Shown here one piece after another: positions 7,653 to 16,319 of a stretch of 19,573 nt of DNA (position 1 is the stretch's first letter; the number at the start of each line of letters is the position of its first letter). The stretch comes from Verrucomicrobiota bacterium. Its GTDB lineage: Bacteria; Verrucomicrobiota; Verrucomicrobiia; Limisphaerales; Palsa-1400. The translations under genes and the position numbers were made by a program. Below the pieces are notes generated by a model. It made no database searches. It saw only the letters and a program-made list of their open reading frames with translations, and had not been told where the DNA came from. The stretch covers positions 1-19,573 of the forward strand of contig JBEKYR010000064.1 in NCBI GenBank assembly GCA_049510745.1, in the 5' to 3' direction.

Positions 7653-10600
7653 ATGAAGACGAAAACGCTCGCGCGCCATATTCTCTGTGCGTTATCCCAG
7701 TTCGGAATTATCACCCATCACGCTCTTGCTTCTCCAGGGGCCTGGGACCAATCGTACGCCCCAAGTGTCACCGGTGGACCGGTTTATGCGGCGGCATTGC
7801 AACCCGATGGAAAGTTGTTAATTGGAGGCGCTTTCACGGCAATCAATAATTCCTATTCCCGTGCTCATCTGGCGCGCCTGTTTCCCGACGGATCGCTTGA
7901 CACGACCTTTCTTGCCGTTGGCAGCAGCGTTTCCAGCACCGTTTATTGTCTGGCCGTGCAAACGGACGGTGACATCGTCATTGGCGGCGATTTTACGTAC
8001 GTCAATGGGACAACTCGAACCAGGGTTGCGCGATTGAATCCCGACGGCAGTGTGGACACTGGTTTTGTTCCCACCAATGCCATCAGCGCGCCAGTCCTCG
8101 CCCTCGCGGTGCAGAGCGACAACAAGGTCATCATCGGCGGAAATTTCTCAAGCGGGTCCTTTCCAGCCTGGAATGCGCGGTTGAACACCGATGGCACCGT
8201 GGACACCGTGTTCAGTTCCTATCCCAACGGGCCGGTCAATGCGATTGCGGTCCAGACGGACGGGAAAATTGTGATTGGCGGCGCTTTCACCACCGTTAAC
8301 GGCGCTTCGCGATATCGAGTCGCGCGGCTGAACTCCGACGGCTCGCTCGACAACGTTTTCCAGAACGGATTGAACGGCGCCTCCGGCGCCGTGCGTTGCC
8401 TGGAAATCCAGCCCGACGGCAAGATTCTAATCGGTGGAGATTTTACCTCAGTCAACAATACGTCCTGCAGCTTTATCGGCCGCCTGAACACCAACGGCAC
8501 GCTGGACACGGGTTTTGTTTCCTCACCGGGCGCCAACGGTTCGGTGTATGCCATCGCGGTGCAACCGGACGGCAGTGTTGTGATTGGCGGCGCCTTTACA
8601 GCTTACGCCTCGGCCAGCCTTAGCCACGTGGCCCGTCTCTACGCCGATGGCACCCGCGACACCAGCTTTTACACCTTCGGCATCAATAATCTCGTTCAAG
8701 CATTGGCGTTGCAGAGCGATGGAGGGATCCTGGCGGGCGGCGCCTTCACCACCATCAACAACACCAATCGCCCGCTTCTTGGCCGGCTCTATGGGGACAT
8801 CTATCCGCCGGAATTTATCAGCCAACCCGTCAGCCGTTCCACAAATGTCGGGGCAACGGTTTCTTTCTCGGCGCTGGTTGACAACCCGACACCCTCAACC
8901 TACCAGTGGCGCAAGGACGGCAACGACATCTCCGGGGCCACAGAGATGTCTTACACCTTGTACAACGTCCAGTTCGCCGATGCCGGCAGTTACGCGGTTT
9001 TTGTCAACAACGCCGAGGGCGGCGCGACGAGCAGCAACGCGGTGCTGCAAGTTGGCATCATGCCGGCCATCATCCAGCAACCGGCCAGCCTGACTGTCTT
9101 GCAGGGCCAACCCGCCGCGTTCGCGGTTGGCGCCACGGGTTGGCCCCTGAGCTATTCTTGGAGGAAAGACGGGGCTTTCATCCCCGGCGCAACAAATGCC
9201 GCGCTCAGCTTCGGCAGCGTTGTATCCACAAATGCCGGGACCTACGCCTGTTTGGTCAGCAACTTCCTCGGCAGCATCACCAGCACAGACGCGGTATTGA
9301 CGGTGGACACCCCGCCCGTCATTGTCGGGCAACCGGCGAGTCTGAACGTCCCGGTCGGAAGCAACGCAGCCTTCACCGTTGCCGCGACCGGAGAAGCGCC
9401 TCTTCAATATCAATGGTTCAACAGCGGGGGTGGAATCACCAACGCGACAAACACCACCTTTGCGATTGCGGGTGTTTCCCTGAGCAACGCGGATGGCTAC
9501 TACGTTGTGGTGATCAATTCCCTGGGCAGCGCGACCAGTGCTGTGGCCGCGCTTGCTGTCGGTTATCCTCCTGTCATCACTACGAATCCGGTTTCCCAGT
9601 CGAACGCCGTTGGCGGCGCGGTTGTTTTCAGCGGTTCCGTGACAGGCTCGCCCCCCATCGCGCTGCAATGGCTCAAAGACGGGGTCCCGATTGCCGGAGC
9701 AACAGAGGGCAACTTGAGCCTGGCCAATCTTGTGGCCGGACAGTTTGGCAATTACTCCCTTTCCGCCAGCAACGCCTTCGGGACGGCGATCAGTTCCAGC
9801 GCGGCATTGAGCCCGAGCAGCTACGATTTTTTGGAGGGATTGATCGCCTATTACCCGTTTAACGGTAATGCGAATGACGAAAGCGGAAATGGATTTGACG
9901 GCACCGTAGTCGGGGCAACATTGACGACCGATCGTTTTGGCAGCCTTGATTCGGCCTACTATTTCGACGGCGTCAGCAATGACATTATTGCGAGCGTGAC
10001 CAATTTGCCAACGGGCGCTGCCCCGCGAACCGTTTCCCTTTGGGCACAGGCGCAACTGCCTCCCACAGGAAGCAATTTACTTTGGTGGGGAGCGAGCCAG
10101 AATGGGCAAGGATTTGGACTGATCAACAGCGGCACGCCTTATACCTGGCAGGGGCAATCCTATGGCGGCGGTGACGACGTGAACTCCGGCGTACCAGTTG
10201 ACACGAATTGGCATCAGGTCGTCGTTATCTATGATGGAACCAACCTTTCGATTTCACTCGATGGCGTCAACGAAGCCGGTATCTCGAACAGCATCAATAC
10301 CCCGCTCTCGCCTCTAACGATTGGCAGCGCCGCATCTGCCGGGACCTTCTTCTCCGGCGCCATTGACGACGTTCGCATTTACAACCGGGCGTTATCGTCA
10401 CTCGAAGTGGCGGCGCTCTACGCTCTCGAAGTCCCCCAGCCGATGATCGAAACGAACGACGGGCACCTGGGCTTCGTTTCCGGCCAGTTCGGTTTCAACA
10501 TCGGCGGCATGTCCGGTCAGACCGTCGTCGTCGAAACCTCAACAGACCTGCAAAGCTGGATTCCCATTCAGACAAACACGCTCGGGGGAAGCCCGATTTA

Positions 10601-10661
10601 TTTCAGCGACCCGCAACCGGGCACCAACAGTGCGCGGTTTTACCGGGTGCAGGTTCAATGA
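7653..10661 (+). CDS. Large secreted/surface protein: 7 delta-60-type (DUF5122-like) beta-propeller repeats, 4 Ig-like domains, LamG/ConA-like domain, C-terminal RFYR domain
   Basis: Start taken at ATG 7653 (MKTKTLARHILCAL, signal-like). Seven QxDG(K)IxIGGxF...ARL repeats, four PxIxxQP-type Ig domains with central Trp (YQWRKDG, YSWRKDG, YQWFN, LQWLKDG), and LamG-like GLIAYYPFNGNANDESGNG...GAIDDVRIYNRALS. Confidence 0.9.
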   Translation: MKTKTLARHILCALSQFGIITHHALASPGAWDQSYAPSVTGGPVYAAALQPDGKLLIGGAFTAINNSYSRAHLARLFPDGSLDTTFLAVGSSVSSTVYCLAVQTDGDIVIGGDFTYVNGTTRTRVARLNPDGSVDTGFVPTNAISAPVLALAVQSDNKVIIGGNFSSGSFPAWNARLNTDGTVDTVFSSYPNGPVNAIAVQTDGKIVIGGAFTTVNGASRYRVARLNSDGSLDNVFQNGLNGASGAVRCLEIQPDGKILIGGDFTSVNNTSCSFIGRLNTNGTLDTGFVSSPGANGSVYAIAVQPDGSVVIGGAFTAYASASLSHVARLYADGTRDTSFYTFGINNLVQALALQSDGGILAGGAFTTINNTNRPLLGRLYGDIYPPEFISQPVSRSTNVGATVSFSALVDNPTPSTYQWRKDGNDISGATEMSYTLYNVQFADAGSYAVFVNNAEGGATSSNAVLQVGIMPAIIQQPASLTVLQGQPAAFAVGATGWPLSYSWRKDGAFIPGATNAALSFGSVVSTNAGTYACLVSNFLGSITSTDAVLTVDTPPVIVGQPASLNVPVGSNAAFTVAATGEAPLQYQWFNSGGGITNATNTTFAIAGVSLSNADGYYVVVINSLGSATSAVAALAVGYPPVITTNPVSQSNAVGGAVVFSGSVTGSPPIALQWLKDGVPIAGATEGNLSLANLVAGQFGNYSLSASNAFGTAISSSAALSPSSYDFLEGLIAYYPFNGNANDESGNGFDGTVVGATLTTDRFGSLDSAYYFDGVSNDIIASVTNLPTGAAPRTVSLWAQAQLPPTGSNLLWWGASQNGQGFGLINSGTPYTWQGQSYGGGDDVNSGVPVDTNWHQVVVIYDGTNLSISLDGVNEAGISNSINTPLSPLTIGSAASAGTFFSGAIDDVRIYNRALSSLEVAALYALEVPQPMIETNDGHLGFVSGQFGFNIGGMSGQTVVVETSTDLQSWIPIQTNTLGGSPIYFSDPQPGTNSARFYRVQVQ

Positions 10662-10691
10662 AACAGACAAAAATGAACAATGAACCAGGAT

Positions 10692-10979
10692 TTACGCCAC
10701 TTCGAGCAACAATTCGGGATGCTTGGCCGCAATTTTCAGCAGCACCTTTGCCGGACCGGCCGGAGAGCGCCGGCCTTGCTCCCAGTTTTGGAGCGTGTCG
10801 GCGCTGATGCCTAAGATGTTTGCAAATCTCGACTGTGAAAGACCGAGCCGGCCCCGGACTTTTACAATGTCGTTCTTCGGGTCAATTTTGAAGACCCGCG
10901 ACGGCTTCATGGCTCCGCGTTTGATTTGTCCGGCTTCACGCAGGCTTTGCTTTAACTGTTCAAAAAGTTCTTTTTTCAT
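10692..10979 (-). CDS. XRE-family HTH antitoxin (HigA2/NadS-like)
   Basis: 95 aa with HTH motif VRGRLGLSQSRFANILGISADTLQNWEQGRRSP. Its ATG overlaps (ATGA) the stop of the reconstructed upstream toxin. Confidence 0.9.
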   Translation of the reverse strand: MKKELFEQLKQSLREAGQIKRGAMKPSRVFKIDPKNDIVKVRGRLGLSQSRFANILGISADTLQNWEQGRRSPAGPAKVLLKIAAKHPELLLEVA

Positions 10980-11292
10980 GATTTGAATTGCTTGACCAAC
11001 TCTTTTAACTGTTTGATTTCATCGCGCGTCAGGTCATCACGCTCGTTCTTCGGATACGCCAGCAGCATCCAAATTTGCTCATGGGCGACATGCCAAAAAT
11101 AAATGACCCGCAGCCCGCCGCGTTTGCCGCGACCGCTTCCGGTCCAGCGCATTTGCGAATGCCGCCTCCTCCAGAAATGATCTTCCCGATGTCCGGCCTT
11201 TGCGCCAGGGCTGCTTGTAGTTTGGCATAATCGTCATCTCCCATCAGTTCCAACACCGAACGGGTGAAGGTCGGAGTTTCGATGAATTCCAT
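10976..11292 (-). pseudogene. RelE/HigB2-family toxin with a 1-bp frameshift
   Basis: MEFIETPTFTR...ISGGGGIRK continues in another frame as MRWTGSGRGKRGGLRVIYFWHVAHEQIWMLLAYPKNERDDLTRDEIKQLKELVKQFKS*. Adding one A at the minus-strand AAA (11152-11154) restores a 105-aa toxin. Confidence 0.88.
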
Positions 11293-11298
11293 CGCGCA

Positions 11299-11326
11299 AC
11301 TATACGCCAATGGCGGATATTGTCAA
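11299..11326 (-). promoter_or_regulatory. Promoter and operator of the RelE-HTH operon
   Basis: Minus strand: TTGACA (11326-11321), 16 nt, TATAGT (11304-11299), 6 nt, ATG. The inverted repeat TATACGCCA-a-TGGCGGATA (11301-11319, one mismatch) overlaps it. Confidence 0.8.
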
Positions 11327-11460
11327 CGGCGTGCCTGGCAGGTGCGGCGGCGGGGGAAAAATTGAAAATCGGCAACCGAAAATTTCAATCCACGCGCCAG
11401 CCCACGCGCCAGCGTCAGCCCGACAATTTGTTCACTTGTCCAACGACAAGGTATGTCTTC

Positions 11461-12306
11461 TCAGGCGGCGGTGCTCTCGCCCACCTGGAAGCGCGCGAAA
11501 CGCCGGATGACGATCTCGTCCCCCAGTTGTTTGGCGATGCCGCCGATGTGTTCCTTGACGGAGACTTCGGAATTGCGTTTGACAAAGCCCTGGTCCACCA
11601 GGCAGACGCCCTGGAAAAACTTCTCCAGCTTGCCCTCGACGATTTTGGCGATGGCTTGCGGCGGCTTATTCTTGACCTGCTCGGCCGCAATTTCCCTCTC
11701 CTTGGCCACGGTGGCGGCGGGGACTTGTTCGCGGCTGATGACCGACGGGTTGCCCGCGGCGATTTGCAGCGTGATGTCGCGCACCAACTGCTTGAACTCT
11801 TCGCTGGCGACCGTCGCCTCCTGGCCGGCGCCGACCTCCACCAGCACGCCCACCTTGGCGCCGGTGTGGATGTAGGCGGCCACAATGCCCTGGCCGCTGA
11901 CTTCAAACCGGGCGCAGCGCGGCAGTTGGATATTCTCGCCGATGCGCGCGACCGCCGCGACCCGCTCCGCTTCGAAGGATTGCAGCGTGGCGCCGCCTGC
12001 GAGCTTGCGGGCAAGCTCGTCGCAAAACGCGCGAAAGCTCTCGTTCCGGGCGACAAAATCGGTTTCGCAGGTGATCTCGACCAAAACCCCGGTCCTGGCT
12101 CCGGGCAGGATGCACTGGGCGATGACGCCCTCCCGGGTTGCGCGCGAGGCTTTCTTGGCGGCCGTGCCGCTGCCCTGCTTGCGCAGGATATCGACAGCGG
12201 CGTCAAAGGCGCCTTTTGATTCGAGCAACGCTTTTTTGCAGGCCATCAGGCCCGCGCCGGTCGCTTCGCGCAACCGGGCAACATCCGCAGCGGTAAAATC
12301 AGCCAT
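11461..12306 (-). CDS. tsf: Translation elongation factor Ts
   Basis: LREATGAGLMACKKAL, ETDFVA, AAYIH and KIVEGKLEKFF motifs; directly downstream of rpsB. Confidence 0.98.
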   Translation of the reverse strand: MADFTAADVARLREATGAGLMACKKALLESKGAFDAAVDILRKQGSGTAAKKASRATREGVIAQCILPGARTGVLVEITCETDFVARNESFRAFCDELARKLAGGATLQSFEAERVAAVARIGENIQLPRCARFEVSGQGIVAAYIHTGAKVGVLVEVGAGQEATVASEEFKQLVRDITLQIAAGNPSVISREQVPAATVAKEREIAAEQVKNKPPQAIAKIVEGKLEKFFQGVCLVDQGFVKRNSEVSVKEHIGGIAKQLGDEIVIRRFARFQVGESTAA

Positions 12307-12328
12307 GTGTCAAAAAATTGTGGAAGGT

Positions 12329-13159
12329 TCAGGGGGCGGCGGACGCAACCGCCGGAGCCGGCTCGGCCGGGGCGGGGACCGCCGGTTCGGCCGGCGCGGG
12401 GGCGGGCGCAGGCGAGGGCGCGGACGCGGGAGTTTCTTCGCCTTGTTCGGCCCGGCGCCGTCCGTACTTGGCTTCGTATTCGGCCCGCGCCTGGGTGATG
12501 GTTTGCACCACCGTCTGCAAGATCAGGCGCACGGACCGGACGGCGTCATCGTTGCCGGCGATGGGATAATCGACCAACTCGGGATCGCAATTGGTATCGA
12601 CGATGGCGACGATGGGAATTTTCAAACGGCGTCCCTCGGCCACGGCGTTGTGCTCGCGCTTGATATCGACGACAAACAGGGCGGCGGGATACTTGTCCAT
12701 GGCGCGAATGCCATCCAGGTTCTTGAACAGGCGGGCGGCTTCGCGCCGGTACATCGACTGTTCCTGTTTGACGTAATTGTTAATGCTGCCATCGGCTTCC
12801 CACTTTTCGATCTCCTTGAGGCGGGCGATGGAGCGTTTGATGGTGTTGAAATTGGTCAGGGTCCCGCCCAGCCACCGCTCGGTGACGTAGAGCTGGCCGC
12901 AGGCCTTGGCCGATTCCTTGACCGCTTCCTGCGCCTGTTTCTTGGTGCCGACAAACAGGACGCTGCCGCCTTTGCTGACGCTGCCGCGCAGAAACTCGCA
13001 CGCCGCCTCCAGTTGGGCGAGGCTCTTGCTCAGGTCGATGATGTGGATGCCGTTGCGGGCGTCGAAGATGAACGGCTTCATCTTGGGGTTCCAACGCTTG
13101 GTCAGGTGCCCGAAATGGACGCCGGCGTCCAACAATTCCTTGATGCCGATACTGATCAC
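12329..13159 (-). CDS. rpsB: 30S ribosomal protein S2 with Pro/Ala-rich C-terminal tail
   Basis: [42 protein letters not shown] and GNDDA motifs. Start placed at GTG 13159 after AAAGGAAAAAGA rather than the ORF-track start at 13435. Confidence 0.98.
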   Translation of the reverse strand: MISIGIKELLDAGVHFGHLTKRWNPKMKPFIFDARNGIHIIDLSKSLAQLEAACEFLRGSVSKGGSVLFVGTKKQAQEAVKESAKACGQLYVTERWLGGTLTNFNTIKRSIARLKEIEKWEADGSINNYVKQEQSMYRREAARLFKNLDGIRAMDKYPAALFVVDIKREHNAVAEGRRLKIPIVAIVDTNCDPELVDYPIAGNDDAVRSVRLILQTVVQTITQARAEYEAKYGRRRAEQGEETPASAPSPAPAPAPAEPAVPAPAEPAPAVASAAP

Positions 13160-13342
13160 TCTTTTTCCTTTTGTTAAAAGTTCGAACCGCATGGCGGAGC
13201 GAACCATCCCGCGGAACACGGGATTGATTTCAGTGTTATTATGGCCGCCCGCCCCCACGCGGGGACGGATTTGAGGCCGTTTCCTTCCAGGCGACACTCG
13301 CCAAAAGGGATGGGAAGGTAGCAGAACCCCGCCGGAACGCAA
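13160..13342 (-). promoter_or_regulatory. Candidate rpsB-tsf promoter and ~150-nt structured 5' leader
   Basis: Minus strand: TTGCGT (13342-13337), 16 nt ending in TGC, TACCTT (13320-13315). Hairpins at 13290-13302, 13249-13268, 13206-13224 and ~13180-13204. Confidence 0.5.
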
Positions 13343-13397
13343 ACTGAATTTTCGAGAAATTGCGAGCCAAAAGACCGCTTCCATTTTTCTCTGACAA

Positions 13398-13416
13398 ATG
13401 GCATTATGAATGCCAT
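13398..13416. promoter_or_regulatory. Probable autoregulatory operator of the VapBC operon
   Basis: Perfect inverted repeat ATGGCATT-atg-AATGCCAT overlapping a TGG-CATTAT extended -10-like element and the start codon. Confidence 0.7.
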
Positions 13417-13705
13417 GAAGACTGAAACGATTCAAATTGATAAAGCAGGCCGGGTGGTGCTTCCCAAGCCGCTGCGCGAGCAGTTCAATCTTTTGCCGGG
13501 CGACAAACTTCGCCTCTCGGTGGAGGGAAACGGATTCAGGCTTGAGCCTGCGGAGGCCGGTGGAGAGCTGGTGCGGAAGGGGAGCGTCTTGGTTTTCACC
13601 GGCGGTTTTGCGGAACCGATTACCACCGCCAAAGTCAATGAACTCATCGAGCAGGACCGCGAGGGGCGAATCGCGGCGGAAACAGGGAAGCTCCGCAAGA
13701 AGTGA
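13415..13705 (+). CDS. AbrB/MazE/SpoVT-family antitoxin (VapB-like)
   Basis: [27 protein letters not shown] swapped-hairpin motif; GTGA overlap with the PIN gene. An alternative start is ATG 13406. Confidence 0.92.
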   Translation: MKTETIQIDKAGRVVLPKPLREQFNLLPGDKLRLSVEGNGFRLEPAEAGGELVRKGSVLVFTGGFAEPITTAKVNELIEQDREGRIAAETGKLRKK

Positions 13706-14136
13706 AAGACTTTCTCGATACCAACGTGCTCGTCGCGGCCTGTGTGGCCGACCACGAACATCACGCTCGCGCGCTGCCGGTCGTTCAAGCGGTCCACGAA
13801 GGCAAGGCGGAAGGCTTTGTCAGTGCGCACAGTCTTTTGGAGACCCATGCCATCCTCACGCGGCTCCCGCGCGTGCCACGAATCTCGTCACTGCAAGCGT
13901 GCACGCTGATTGCTGACAACATCGTGAAGCATTTCTCCGTCGTGGCTCTGACGGGCAAAGAATACAGCGAACTTTCTTTGAAGCTTGGACAAAACAACGT
14001 TGTCGGTGGGAAAGCCTATGATGTGCTCCATCTGACTTGTGCGGAGAAGTGCGGCGCGGACCGAATCTACACCTTCAATGTCCGCGATTTCATGCAACTT
14101 GCCGGACAACTGACGAGCAAAATTACGGCGCCTTGA
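13702..14136 (+). CDS. vapC: PIN-domain ribonuclease toxin (VapC family)
   Basis: [24 protein letters not shown] and [12 protein letters not shown] motifs; coupled to the AbrB-type antitoxin. Confidence 0.92.
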   Translation: MKDFLDTNVLVAACVADHEHHARALPVVQAVHEGKAEGFVSAHSLLETHAILTRLPRVPRISSLQACTLIADNIVKHFSVVALTGKEYSELSLKLGQNNVVGGKAYDVLHLTCAEKCGADRIYTFNVRDFMQLAGQLTSKITAP

Positions 14137-14364
14137 TTCAAGGCTGACCGCATTCTGGGCCAACGCCAAAGACCTGCATTTTTCAGTTGCCGTGCATGGA
14201 ATTTCTGCAAAGATTTGTCCCCATGACAACGGGAACCGACTGGCGCTACGGGTGTCTTCCGCCGGCGCGCCGGCTCAACCCGGCTTCGCCGCCGGGCGTT
14301 CGCCGTTTCGACAACGTTTCCCCCAGCCTTCCAATTGTGAGCGGACCTCCCCAATAATACTGAT

Positions 14365-16299
14365 ATGCAACCCATTCATCTCCACTGGGTCGATTACACC
14401 ATCCTTCTTGCGTACACTCTGTTTGTCATCGGCATTGGCTTCGCGCTGCGGCGCTACCTGAAGACCTCGGCGGACTTCCTCACGTCCGGCCGCTCCATCC
14501 CCACGTGGGTGACCGGTCTGGCCTTCATGGCCGCCAACCTGGGCGCGCTCGAACTGGTCGGCATGGCCTCCTGCGGCGCCAAATACGGCATCGCCACCGC
14601 CCACTTCTACTGGATTGGCGCCATCCCGGCGATGGTCTTTTTGGCCGTGTTCATGATGCCGTTTTATTACGGCTCCAAGGCCCGGTCCGTGCCCGAGTAC
14701 CTCAAGATGCGCTTCGATGAACGGGTGCGCTGCCTCAACTCGCTCACCTTCGCCGTCATGACTGTTTTCGCCTCGGGCATTTCGATGAATCTCCTGGCCA
14801 AGCTCCTGCACCTGTTGCTGGGATGGAATTACGACGCCAGCCTCTTGATTTGTTCGGCTGTCGTCCTGGTTTACGTCCTCAAAGGCGGGCTGACCTCGGC
14901 CATCTATACCGAAGTGCTCCAATTCTTCATGATCGTGCTCGGATTCGGCCCCGTCGTTTTTCTGGGCCTTAAAGACATGGGCGGCTGGGACGTGATCAAA
15001 AGCAAGCTGGTCGTCGTGGCGCAGAATCCCGGCGCGCTCATGCTCAACGACAAACACTTCCAGCCCGACGCCTGGACCAGCGCCTGGAAACCGCTGCTGG
15101 CCGGTTCCGGCGCCAATCCGATGGGCGTCGATGTCTTTGCCATCGTCTTCGGCCTCGGTTTTGTGCTTTCCTTTGGTTATTGGTGTACCAACTTCCTGGT
15201 CGTGCAGCGCGCCATGGCAGCCAAGGATATGACCGCCGCGCGCCGCACCCCGCTCATCGCCGCGATTCCGAAAATGCTCTTCCCCGTCCTGGTCATTTTG
15301 CCCGGCATCATTGCCATTGCTTTGGCCGCCTCGCCCGGAAAAGGCTTTCACCTTTCCCCGCACCCAATTAGTTCCCGCAGTTTCGGCCCGGCCCTGGCAC
15401 TCATCCAGACCGCCAAGCCGGCGCAGGCCGACGCCGTCTTTGTTGCCCTCGGCAAAGAACTCGATTTGAAGCTGGACAAGGCCAAGATCGCCGCGCTGAT
15501 CAGCGATAACTCCAAGTCGCCGTTGCCGGAGGAGAAACTTAAAGAACGCCTGCAGGACGCCGTCGCGGAGAATGACTACGACAGCATTATCCCGTTGCTC
15601 GTCGAACGCTACTGTCCGTCGGGGTTGTTGGGGCTGGCGCTGACGGCGTTGCTGGCGTCGTTCATGTCCGGCATGGCGGGAAACGTGACGGCGTTCAACA
15701 CCATCTGGACCTACGACCTCTATCAAGCCTACCTGGCGCCCAACCGGAGCGATCAACACTATTTCCGGATGGGCCAGGGCATTACGGTGGTCGCCATTGT
15801 GCTGAGCATCTTCTGCGCCTATTTCGCCAGCCACTATTCCAACGCGATGGATGTGGTGCAGTTGGTCTTCGGATTTGTCAACGCCCCGCTCTTCGCCACC
15901 TTCTTGCTGGGAATGTTCTGGGCGCGCACGACCGGCACCGGCGCGTTTTGGGGGTTGCTGGGCGGCACGGCGACTTCGGCGCTGTTTCACGCGCTGACCC
16001 TCGGCGCCGGCAACAGCCCCGGCATCAAAGGCGGTTACGTGTGTGTCGTGCAAACCTTTCCCAGCGAAATGGCGCAGAACTTTTGGCTGGCCAGTTTCGC
16101 CTTCACCGCTTGCCTGGTCCTGACGGTGGTCATCTCGCTGGCCACCAAGCGGACCAAAACCGACGAGGAACTCAAAGGGCTGGTCTATTCCATGACCCCG
16201 AAGGTGACCGACCACGACCAACCGTTCCTGGCGCGTCCGGCGGTCCTGGGCACCCTGCTCCTGATCGGCTGTGTCATTCTCAACATCATCTTTTGGTAG
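14365..16299 (+). CDS. Sodium:solute symporter (SSS family), probably sugar/galactose uptake
   Basis: DFLTSGRSIP, SVPEYLKMRF, GGLTSAIYTEVLQF, YWCTNFLVVQRAMAA and LLASFMSG motifs. Substrate is inferred only from the adjacent galK. Confidence 0.93.
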   Translation: MQPIHLHWVDYTILLAYTLFVIGIGFALRRYLKTSADFLTSGRSIPTWVTGLAFMAANLGALELVGMASCGAKYGIATAHFYWIGAIPAMVFLAVFMMPFYYGSKARSVPEYLKMRFDERVRCLNSLTFAVMTVFASGISMNLLAKLLHLLLGWNYDASLLICSAVVLVYVLKGGLTSAIYTEVLQFFMIVLGFGPVVFLGLKDMGGWDVIKSKLVVVAQNPGALMLNDKHFQPDAWTSAWKPLLAGSGANPMGVDVFAIVFGLGFVLSFGYWCTNFLVVQRAMAAKDMTAARRTPLIAAIPKMLFPVLVILPGIIAIALAASPGKGFHLSPHPISSRSFGPALALIQTAKPAQADAVFVALGKELDLKLDKAKIAALISDNSKSPLPEEKLKERLQDAVAENDYDSIIPLLVERYCPSGLLGLALTALLASFMSGMAGNVTAFNTIWTYDLYQAYLAPNRSDQHYFRMGQGITVVAIVLSIFCAYFASHYSNAMDVVQLVFGFVNAPLFATFLLGMFWARTTGTGAFWGLLGGTATSALFHALTLGAGNSPGIKGGYVCVVQTFPSEMAQNFWLASFAFTACLVLTVVISLATKRTKTDEELKGLVYSMTPKVTDHDQPFLARPAVLGTLLLIGCVILNIIFW

Positions 16300-16319
16300 A
16301 ATAGAAAGGAACTAACATT

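Noticed and set aside
11029..11310. 93-aa ORF as an intact protein
   Set aside because: Its C-terminal half is the out-of-frame read-through of the frameshifted RelE toxin.
12329..12440. Pro/Ala-rich tail of S2 as a novelty
   Set aside because: Low-complexity C-terminal extensions are common in S2 proteins.
11320..13177. 299-aa and 430-aa plus-strand ORFs
   Set aside because: Antisense shadows of tsf and rpsB.
13160..13435. 92-aa N-terminal extension of S2 in the ORF track
   Set aside because: S2 homology starts at [13 protein letters not shown] with an RBS before GTG 13159. The extension would cross the promoter region and overlap the divergent antitoxin.
14261..14274. Perfect 14-bp palindrome GCCGGCGCGCCGGC
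   Set aside because: All-GC palindrome in a GC-rich genome with no U-tract or supporting context; plausibly chance.
14275..16221. 648-aa minus-strand ORF
   Set aside because: Antisense shadow of the symporter gene.
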